Positions 42,892 through 50,254 of a stretch of DNA of 50,961 bases are shown piece after piece (the first letter of the stretch is position 1; every line of letters starts with the position of its first letter). Origin of the DNA: Minisyncoccota bacterium (GTDB lineage: Bacteria; Patescibacteriota; Minisyncoccia; UBA6257; JAAZHW01). The stretch spans positions 1-50,961 of the forward strand of contig JAQVHD010000001.1 of NCBI GenBank assembly GCA_028696375.1, written 5' to 3'. Under the pieces are notes generated by a model. That model saw nothing but the letters and a program-made list of their open reading frames with translations. It searched no databases and was not told the DNA's origin. A program made the position numbers and the translations under genes.

Positions 42892-43405
42892 TTGGGATTA
42901 TCTAATTTTTCAAAAAATTAATAGCACGGCTGGATTAAATCATTGGTGTGATCAAATTATGATTTTTTTGGCAGAATATTTTATGTATATTCTTTTACTT
43001 GCCGGAGTAATTTATCTTTTCTTTGCGTATCAGAAACAGCTCAAAGGGATTATCAAAGTGGCGGGCGCTATTATTTTAAGTCGAGGAATTGTTACTGAAG
43101 TCATCCGTTTCTTTTATTATCGTCCGCGACCATTTTTAACGCATCCCGTCACTCAATTATTCAATCATGATATTAGTGGTTCTTTTCCTTCGGGTCACAT
43201 GACCTTTATTTTTCCTCTGATTGCTTTGGTGTATCTCAAGAATAAAAAATTAGGTGCTCTGTTTATGTTTCTGGGCGCACTAATAGGTTTGGCGCGCATT
43301 TATTGTGGGGTTCATTATCCTTCAGATATTGCAGCCGGGATTATTATTGGTATTTTTTGCGGCTGGCTGGTAGAAAAAATGGCATCAAAAAAACAAACGG
43401 AATAA
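42878..43405 (+). CDS. PAP2-family phosphatase (BcrC/undecaprenyl-diphosphatase-like)
   Basis: 175 aa, polytopic, with RPRP, SFPSGH and GVHYPSD. Confidence 0.8.
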   Translation: MKMNNWDYLIFQKINSTAGLNHWCDQIMIFLAEYFMYILLLAGVIYLFFAYQKQLKGIIKVAGAIILSRGIVTEVIRFFYYRPRPFLTHPVTQLFNHDISGSFPSGHMTFIFPLIALVYLKNKKLGALFMFLGALIGLARIYCGVHYPSDIAAGIIIGIFCGWLVEKMASKKQTE

Positions 43406-43464
43406 AGTTAAAAGTTCCCGAGGTAATCGGGGCAGGCAAAAGTTTAAGTCAAAAGTTAAAAGTC

Positions 43465-43598
43465 AAAAAATAATAAGTCAAAACTCAAAGTTCAAAGCTC
43501 AAAACCACAACTCAAAACCCTAAAACTATCTGAGGGCAAAGCCCGAAGGATCCCATACCAGCTAATCGAGAGATTCTTCGCTTCGCTCGGAATGACAA
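43465..43598 (+). repeat. Composite repeat copy A (degenerate AAAAnTC heptamer array plus palindromic-ended module)
   Basis: Near-identical to the reverse complement of 49473-49642, apart from an extra segment of about 35 nt in copy B. Confidence 0.85.
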
Positions 43599-43599
43599 A

Positions 43600-43634
43600 G
43601 CGGCGATGATTTTTCAAAGAAAAATCATCGCCGC
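43600..43634. repeat. Hairpin of the GGCGGCG/TTTTC-AAA-GAAAA family
   Basis: gcggcgatgatttttc-aaa-gaaaaatcatcgccgc, directly abutting repeat copy A. Confidence 0.7.
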
Positions 43635-43687
43635 CGCCTTAATTTTTATTTTGTTTTCCTATTTTAAGCGGGAGATATAAAATTTTT

Positions 43688-44137
43688 CTATTCTGCTTTA
43701 ATTCTGACTTTTTTCACCCTATTTTTATCTAATTTAGGCAAACGAATGGTTAAAATCCCATTTTTTAAATTTGCACTGACTCGATCACCGTCAATTTCAA
43801 TAGGCAAAATAATTGAACGACTAAATGATCCCCAGTAACATTCTTGATAAAAATAATCGTTTGCCCTCACATCCTCGTCTAATTCTCTTTTACCTTTGAT
43901 AGTGATCATATCGTTTACGATCGAAATATCGATATCTTCCGGTTTAACCCCTGCCACTGCTGATTTAATTACAATTTCCGTTGGTGTTTGATAGACATCA
44001 ACCATCAGTTGACCTTCGCCAGTTAGAACATCTTCTTCAGTCGATAGATTGGTATTTTTAATTTCAATATCTTTTTCGACATCATCATCTTTCGATTTAA
44101 ATAATCTAAACGCCATAATATTTTTGATAAGATTCAA
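43688..44137 (-). CDS. Hsp20/alpha-crystallin small heat-shock protein
   Basis: The alpha-crystallin domain runs from PTEIVIKSAVAGVKPEDIDISI to GILTIRLPK. The start may instead be the internal ATG at 44116. Confidence 0.85.
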   Translation of the reverse strand: MNLIKNIMAFRLFKSKDDDVEKDIEIKNTNLSTEEDVLTGEGQLMVDVYQTPTEIVIKSAVAGVKPEDIDISIVNDMITIKGKRELDEDVRANDYFYQECYWGSFSRSIILPIEIDGDRVSANLKNGILTIRLPKLDKNRVKKVRIKAE

Positions 44138-44906
44138 CCTGTTTATAAGCTCGACTTATTATATAATTAGAAATAATTAACAAAGCTGCAACGCCAAAGG
44201 CAAAATATATATTTTCGCTCGTTTTCATTATAAGATAATTATAACAAGAATGCAAAAGCGAAGCCATAATTATGCCAAAAACAATTAGGCCGATAACAAC
44301 GTTTCTGTTTTTCTTCAAAATTCGGCCAATAGCCCAAAAATAACCAAAAACAGCACAAGAAGAAGCATGAAGAAAAACAGCAGAAATAAGGCGAATAAAA
44401 ATAGTGATGATAAGGGAATTAATAACTGACGCTGGCAATGAAAAATTAAGTAAGCTTTGCCAATCCAATAAAATCATATTTTCTTGAAGAACAGAAAAGC
44501 AAACTTTTAAATTTTCTGCTGCAGCGAAACCCAAACCAGCCGTGATGGCATAAATAATAGGATCGGTTGTTTCATCGCGAAAATGGGGATTTTTAAAAGT
44601 GCTAAAGAATGTGGCTACAAACTTTCCGACTTCTTCCAAAAACGGTAAAAAGAGAAAGAAAACGATGTTTTTTAAATCTTGATTGGCTGGGATTTCTATC
44701 CATTCGCCAAAAACAGAATTTTCAACAACGCCGACAATGATGGTAATAAAAATACCGCTCCAGAAAGCTATGATTAACCAGCGTCGTGGTTCTAAATCAG
44801 AATCTTTTTTCAAATAATAATTCAGCCAAATGAGACTGGGCGTTACTGATAAAATAAAAAGAAAGAAAAAATAAAAGAGACTTGAAATCATATTTTTTGA
44901 GGCCAA
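44106..44906 (-). CDS. PrsW-family intramembrane protease
   Basis: 266 aa, polytopic, with FLEEVGKF (EExxK) and later His motifs (FLHASSCAVFGY, LLHSCYNY). Confidence 0.65.
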   Translation of the reverse strand: MASKNMISSLFYFFFLFILSVTPSLIWLNYYLKKDSDLEPRRWLIIAFWSGIFITIIVGVVENSVFGEWIEIPANQDLKNIVFFLFLPFLEEVGKFVATFFSTFKNPHFRDETTDPIIYAITAGLGFAAAENLKVCFSVLQENMILLDWQSLLNFSLPASVINSLIITIFIRLISAVFLHASSCAVFGYFWAIGRILKKNRNVVIGLIVFGIIMASLLHSCYNYLIMKTSENIYFAFGVAALLIISNYIISRAYKQVESYQKYYGV

Positions 44907-47089
44907 TTCTCAATCATCAGCAGATCCTTGCTTTTGTTCGGAAGCATCTGATAAATTTCTTCAGTAATAAAGGGCATAAAGGGATGAATCAGTTTGAGTA
45001 AATTGGTTAAAAGAGTGAGAAGAAGATATTGGGCTTGGGGTCGTTCTTCGGTTTGAAGGCGCGGTTTTGTCTGCTCGATCACTTTATCGGCAAAAGTATG
45101 CCAGAAATAATGATAAACTTTTTCAGCAGCAATATGGAAATTAAATTTCTCCATATCTTTAGTCATATCAACAGTAAGTTTCTCAAAATCTTTGAGGATT
45201 TTTTTGTCTTCTTTGGATAATACGGGTTGAGTGTTGGGGTTAAAATCATTCACATTCATCAAAACAAAGCGACTCGCATTCCAAATTTTATTGGCAAAAT
45301 TACGATACGCACGGGTTTTATCTTCAGAAACAATAGGATCATTGCCGGGCGCGTTGCCAACAATTAAAGACATTCTTAAAGCATCACTGCCGTAAAAATC
45401 AATTATTCCCAAAGGATCAATAACATTGTTTTTTGATTTGGACATTTTTTGCCGATCCTTATCGCGGATTAAGCCATGAAGATAAACATATTCAAATGGC
45501 GGTTGACCAGTGGTGTAGAGGCCAAACATAATCATTCGGGCTACCCAGAAAAATAAAATATCCCATCCTGTTTCCATAACACTGGTGGGGTAGAAATTTT
45601 TGAAATCATCACTTTCGGGGTATCCTAATGTAGCATAAGGCCATTGACCGGAAGAAAACCAAGTATCAAAAACATCTTTTTCTTTTTCAAAAGTTGTGTT
45701 ACCACAAGAGGGGCATTTTTGCGGATTGCCTTCTTCAATATAAACAATTTCTTTGCCGCATTTGGAGCAATACCAAATCGGAATAGGAATGCCCCAAACA
45801 ATTTGGCGCGAAATATTCCAGTCTTTGATATTTTGCATCCAATGATAAAAAACTTTTTCAAAGCGCTTGGTGACAAATTTAATTTTTTTCGATTTAACAG
45901 CCTCCACGGCTAAATCACGCAAAGATTTTTTGCCACTTCTTGACGGTTCCGTCATTTTTATAAACCACTGCGCTCGAGGCAAAGGTTCAATTGTAGTTTT
46001 GCATTTATAGCAAGTTGAAACTTGATGTTTGTAATCTTCAGTTTTTTCTAAAGCACCTGCTTTTTCTAAAATTTCAATGGCTTTTTGGCGGGCTCCCAAA
46101 ACAGGCAATCCTTTTAATTCGCCTGCGAAATCATTCATTTTGCCATCCCAACCAATAATTTGATAATCAAGCGGCAATTGATGTTTTTTCCCGATTTCAA
46201 AGTCAACTGCATCGTGGGCTGGCGTGATTTTTAAAGCGCCAGTGCCAAAATCTTTTTCTACCAAATCATCACTAATAACTTTTATATTATCACCATACGA
46301 ACCACGATTTTTAATCAATGGATTGGTAACTAATTTGCCAATGAATTTTTTGTATTGTTTATTTTGGGGATGAACCGCAATGGCGAAATCACCGGGAATT
46401 GTTTCGGGTCGGGTGGTGGCAACAGTAATAAATTGTTTGGGATCATCTGCCAAAAAATATTTTACATAATATAATTTGTCATTTCTTTCTTGCCAATCGA
46501 TTTCCAGATCGGAAAGGGCAGTTTGATGCTTGGGACACCAATTAACAATACGATTGTCGCGATAAATTAAGCCATCTTCGTACATTCGTTGAAACGTCTG
46601 ATAGACAATTTTGACAATAGAAGGATCAAGTGTGAATTTTTCTCGACTCCAATCGCAGGAAGCGCCTAATTTTTTAACTTGTTCTTCCATGCGCAATTTA
46701 TTAGCTTGGGTGAAATCCCAAATCATTTGATAAAGTTTTTCGCGGCCGCCTTCTTCTTTTAAAATTTCAAAGCGGCTGGTTCCCTTTTTTTCGAGTTCTT
46801 TTTCAAAGACTACTTGAGTTTCAAATCCTGCATGGTCAGCGCCTGGCAGCCATAATGTTTTTAATCCACGCATGCGTTGATAACGAATCATAATGTCTTC
46901 AATAGTCATCGTGAGTGCATGACCTAAATGCAGAGATCCATTAGCATTAGGCGGCGGCATCAGAATTGTAAAAGTTTTTTTAGAGCGATTAGGTAAATTA
47001 TCCGGATTGAAGTAGCCGGATTTTTCCCACATTTTATAAATTTTCTCCTCTACTTTGTTAGGTTGGTAAGTTGTATCTAACTCAGCCAT
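44888..47089 (-). CDS. valS: Valyl-tRNA synthetase (short form lacking the long C-terminal coiled coil)
   Basis: 733 aa with PPPNANGSLHLGHAL, TTRPETIPGD, KMSKSKNN and a CP1 editing domain. Confidence 0.9.
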   Translation of the reverse strand: MAELDTTYQPNKVEEKIYKMWEKSGYFNPDNLPNRSKKTFTILMPPPNANGSLHLGHALTMTIEDIMIRYQRMRGLKTLWLPGADHAGFETQVVFEKELEKKGTSRFEILKEEGGREKLYQMIWDFTQANKLRMEEQVKKLGASCDWSREKFTLDPSIVKIVYQTFQRMYEDGLIYRDNRIVNWCPKHQTALSDLEIDWQERNDKLYYVKYFLADDPKQFITVATTRPETIPGDFAIAVHPQNKQYKKFIGKLVTNPLIKNRGSYGDNIKVISDDLVEKDFGTGALKITPAHDAVDFEIGKKHQLPLDYQIIGWDGKMNDFAGELKGLPVLGARQKAIEILEKAGALEKTEDYKHQVSTCYKCKTTIEPLPRAQWFIKMTEPSRSGKKSLRDLAVEAVKSKKIKFVTKRFEKVFYHWMQNIKDWNISRQIVWGIPIPIWYCSKCGKEIVYIEEGNPQKCPSCGNTTFEKEKDVFDTWFSSGQWPYATLGYPESDDFKNFYPTSVMETGWDILFFWVARMIMFGLYTTGQPPFEYVYLHGLIRDKDRQKMSKSKNNVIDPLGIIDFYGSDALRMSLIVGNAPGNDPIVSEDKTRAYRNFANKIWNASRFVLMNVNDFNPNTQPVLSKEDKKILKDFEKLTVDMTKDMEKFNFHIAAEKVYHYFWHTFADKVIEQTKPRLQTEERPQAQYLLLTLLTNLLKLIHPFMPFITEEIYQMLPNKSKDLLMIENWPQKI

Positions 47090-47147
47090 ACAACTATGGA
47101 TTGTAGCATAGAAATCTTAAATTTCAAAATGAAAAATGAAGACGGGT

Positions 47148-47184
47148 AAGGCGGCGATTTTTCTTTCAGAAAAATCGCCGCCTT
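47148..47184. repeat. Hairpin of the GGCGGCG/TTTTC...GAAAA family in a divergent promoter region
   Basis: aaggcggcgatttttct-ttc-agaaaaatcgccgcctt. It lies between the divergent starts of valS and the ATPase gene, so a terminator role is not obvious. Confidence 0.7.
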
Positions 47185-47346
47185 CTCATCGCAAAATTTA
47201 AGAATAAATCTTTCAAAAATTCTCAATTCGGAGCGGCATTTTAAATTTTGTGCTTAGTATTTCGGATTTTTAGTCATTAGGCTGATTCGTCATTGATCAT
47301 TTCTCTTTTTTGCTTTTCCCATCATTTTGCTGTACAATAATTAAGT

Positions 47347-48999
47347 ATGCCCAGTTATAGCGAGGAAAATATTAATATTTTTGCCGAGACGAATTTTCGC
47401 AATCAACGAACCAAATTTGGCATTAAATTAGACGACCGGCGAAAACATATGTATGTTATCGGTAAAACCGGTATGGGCAAGACAGTCATGTTGGAAAACA
47501 TGGCGATTTCTGATATTGAAGCGGGGTTTGGACTGGCTTTTATTGATCCGCACGGTGAATCAGCCGAACGCCTGCTCAATTTTATTCCCGAAAATCGCAT
47601 CAAAGACGTTATTTATTTTTGTCCTCACGATACTGAATATCCGATTGCTTTTAATCCTTTAGAGACTGTTGGCGAAGAGCACCGTCATTTAGTAGCGAGC
47701 GGGATTTTGGAAATTTTCAAAAAGATTTGGCCTGATGTTTGGAGCGCCCGAATGGAATATATTTTAAATAATTGTTTAATGGCTTTGCTTGAATATCCCA
47801 ATTCAACGCTTCTGGACATTATGCGTCTTTTAACCGACAAGGAATATCGTGAATATATTGTCAGCGGATTAAAAGATCCGGTGGTGAAAAACTTTTGGCT
47901 TAATGAATTTTCTCGTTATCATGAAAAATTTCAAGTAGAAGCCATTGCGCCAATTCAAAATAAAGTAGGACAATTTTTAACCAATCCTCTTGTTAGAAAT
48001 ATTGTGGGGCAGCCTCAATCTTCATTCAATATTCGTCAAATAATGGATGAAGGAAAGATTTTAATTGTGAATTTGTCAAAAGGAAGAATTGGAGAAACAA
48101 ACTCAGCGCTTTTGGGTGCAATGATTGTGACAAAAATTCAGCAAGCGGCAATGAGCCGCGCCGATATCCCCGAGGAGCAGCGGCGCGATTTCTTCTTATA
48201 CGTTGATGAATTTCAAACTTTTGCCACTGAGGCTTTTGCTACTATTTTATCAGAAGCACGTAAATATCATCTTTGCTTAATTATTTCTCATCAGTATATT
48301 GCTCAATTACCGGATACGGTGAAATCTGCCATTTTTGGTAATGTGGGCACTTTTGTTGTTTTTCGTGTGGGCGCTGAAGATGCCGAATGGCTGGAAAAAG
48401 AATTTGCACCAGAATTTATGGCCAATGATCTGGTTAATCTGGCTAAATACAACATTTATTTGAAATTAATGATTGATGGCGTTACTTCAAAGGCTTTTTC
48501 CGCGGTGACGTTGCCGCCCAGACCAATACCTGAAAAAACTTTTGTTAAAGAAATTATCGAGAATACTCGGCAGGCGTATTGTCAGCCGCGAGCGGAAGTA
48601 GAAAAAATGATTAGCGAAGAATGGGCACCAATAGAGAAATTAGATTTAAAGGAAGAAAAGGTTAAAACCGAGAAACCAAAAAAGAAAACATTTGTTGATT
48701 TTTGTTGGGTTTGCGGCAAAGAAACCGAGGTTCCTTTCCAACCCGATGGCAAAAGGCCTGTTTATTGCAAAGATTGTTTGCGAGGCGTGGAAGCGGGCGA
48801 GATTATTCCACCCACTAAACCATTGCATTTAGAAACCAAAGTGATGCAGGCATTAGGAAGTAATTCAAAAAAATTAGTGGAAAAGAAGCCAACCGAAAAA
48901 CCCAAACCAAAAGTTGATGTTGATGAATTAAAAAAAGCACTTCGCGAATCACTTTCTAAGCTCAGCAGCCCAGAAGAAAAGCAAGAAGGCGAGAATTAA
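47347..48999 (+). CDS. VirD4/TraD-like (type IV coupling protein-like) P-loop ATPase with C-terminal CxxC-x17-CxxC zinc ribbon
   Basis: Walker A GKTGMGKT, Walker B FLYVDEFQTF and ISHQYIAQL. The C-terminal CWVCGKETEVPFQPDGKRPVYCKDC is followed by a Lys/Glu-rich tail. No TM segments. Confidence 0.7.
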   Translation: MPSYSEENINIFAETNFRNQRTKFGIKLDDRRKHMYVIGKTGMGKTVMLENMAISDIEAGFGLAFIDPHGESAERLLNFIPENRIKDVIYFCPHDTEYPIAFNPLETVGEEHRHLVASGILEIFKKIWPDVWSARMEYILNNCLMALLEYPNSTLLDIMRLLTDKEYREYIVSGLKDPVVKNFWLNEFSRYHEKFQVEAIAPIQNKVGQFLTNPLVRNIVGQPQSSFNIRQIMDEGKILIVNLSKGRIGETNSALLGAMIVTKIQQAAMSRADIPEEQRRDFFLYVDEFQTFATEAFATILSEARKYHLCLIISHQYIAQLPDTVKSAIFGNVGTFVVFRVGAEDAEWLEKEFAPEFMANDLVNLAKYNIYLKLMIDGVTSKAFSAVTLPPRPIPEKTFVKEIIENTRQAYCQPRAEVEKMISEEWAPIEKLDLKEEKVKTEKPKKKTFVDFCWVCGKETEVPFQPDGKRPVYCKDCLRGVEAGEIIPPTKPLHLETKVMQALGSNSKKLVEKKPTEKPKPKVDVDELKKALRESLSKLSSPEEKQEGEN

Positions 49000-49017
49000 A
49001 GAAGAAATTTCTCACTT

Positions 49018-49236
49018 ATGCGTATTATTGCCAAAGTCAAACCGGGTGCTTCTTTCAATAAAATCAATCAGATTGATAGTAATTACTTCGAAATTTTTAC
49101 TACCGCTCCGGCGGTAGAGGGCAAAGCCAACAAAGCGGCTATTGAATTGTTGGCAGAGTTTTTTGATGTGGCTCCTTCACGGATATCTTTGGTAAAAGGC
49201 GCTAAAAGCAAACAAAAAACCTTCGAAATTAATTGA
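49018..49236 (+). CDS. DUF167 (YggU) family protein
   Basis: 72 aa with KVKPGAS...APAVEGKANKAAIELLAEFF...ISLVKGAKSKQK. Confidence 0.75.
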   Translation: MRIIAKVKPGASFNKINQIDSNYFEIFTTAPAVEGKANKAAIELLAEFFDVAPSRISLVKGAKSKQKTFEIN

Positions 49237-49253
49237 CACCAATCAAAAAGTTT

Positions 49254-49396
49254 TTAAGATAAGAAAGACGATGTAAATTAAAAATCAAAAATCAAAGATC
49301 AAAAATCAAAATGAAAGAGTAAAAAGAAAAAGGGAATTGATGATAAAGTTATTAAGACTAAGAAAGACGACGTAAATTAAAAATCAAAAATCAAAG
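49254..49396 (+). repeat. Two direct repeats of about 45 bp (49254-49297 and 49352-49396), each ending in AAAAATC units
   Basis: ttaagataagaaagacgatgtaaattaaaaatcaaaaatcaaag versus ttaagactaagaaagacgacgtaaattaaaaatcaaaaatcaaag. Confidence 0.85.
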
Positions 49397-49472
49397 GAGA
49401 GGTTTTACATGCGGGGATGTTTTTCGTTTGCCATTCCGGGTATTTTTTCTTGTCACTCTGAGCACTTTTTTA

Positions 49473-49642
49473 TTGTCATTCTGAGCGTTAGCGAAGAATC
49501 CCTCGATTAGCTGGCATGGGATCCTTCGGGCTTCGCCCTCAGGATGACAGAAAGAGAGTCTTCAGGATGACAAAAAGATAGTTTTAGGGTTTTAAGTTGC
49601 AGTTTTGAGTTTTGAACTTTGAGTTTTGACTTATTATTTTTT
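49473..49642 (-). repeat. Composite repeat copy B (inverted relative to copy A)
   Basis: The reverse complement aligns with 43465-43598. It contains nested gtcaYtctgag / ctYaggatgac inverted termini. Confidence 0.85.
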
Positions 49643-49673
49643 GATTTTTGAGATTTGCATTTTGACTTTTTAT

Positions 49674-50252
49674 ATGCTTGGTATCAATGATTTAAAACCA
49701 AAAACAGTCATTATTATCAACGATGAGCCGTACGAGGTTTTGAGTACGAATTTTTTGAAAATGCAGCAAAGAAAACCAGTGCTTCAAACGCGTCTCAAAA
49801 ATTTGATTAACGGCAAAGTGATTGAGCGTAACATTCAGCACTCCGAAGAATTTGAGGAAGCAGAAATAGAGCGATTAACTGTAGAATTTTTGTATGAGCA
49901 TCGCGGCGAATACTGGTTTTGTGAAGCCAATGATCGTTCCAAAAGATTTCAGTTAGATGAATCTGTTTTGGGTGATAACAAAAATTTTCTTAAGTCCGGC
50001 GTGCCGATCGATGCTTTTAAATTTAATGGTAGAATTATTAATATTTCCTTGCCGATTAAAATGGATTTTAAAGTAGTGGAAGCGCCGCCCGGAATTAAAG
50101 GTGATACGGCTCAAGGCGGCACCAAAGTAGCAATTATTGAAACAGGCGCCAAAGTTGCTGTGCCACTTTTTATTAACGAAGGCGACATTATTCGTGTCAA
50201 TACGGAAAGTGGCGAGTATGTGGAGCGCGTAGAAAAAGCAAAAATCCAATAA
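49674..50252 (+). CDS. efp: Elongation factor P
   Basis: I moved the start to the MLGINDLKPK ATG. The track start lies inside the repeat. Conserved VVEAPPGIKGDTAQGGTKVA and PLFINEGD are present. The loop reads KMQQRKP instead of KPGKG. Confidence 0.9.
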   Translation: MLGINDLKPKTVIIINDEPYEVLSTNFLKMQQRKPVLQTRLKNLINGKVIERNIQHSEEFEEAEIERLTVEFLYEHRGEYWFCEANDRSKRFQLDESVLGDNKNFLKSGVPIDAFKFNGRIINISLPIKMDFKVVEAPPGIKGDTAQGGTKVAIIETGAKVAVPLFINEGDIIRVNTESGEYVERVEKAKIQ

Positions 50253-50254
50253 AT

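Noticed and set aside
49254-49396. Possible CRISPR array or other repeat-spacer locus.
   Set aside because: There are only two repeat copies. They are A-rich and imperfect, with a spacer of about 54 bp and no cas genes in the window. The heptamer arrays are far too short-period to be CRISPR.
49626-49673. Upstream start of efp given by the ORF track.
   Set aside because: These 16 codons lie inside the inverted heptamer repeat. EF-P homologues begin at the MLGINDLK-type sequence.
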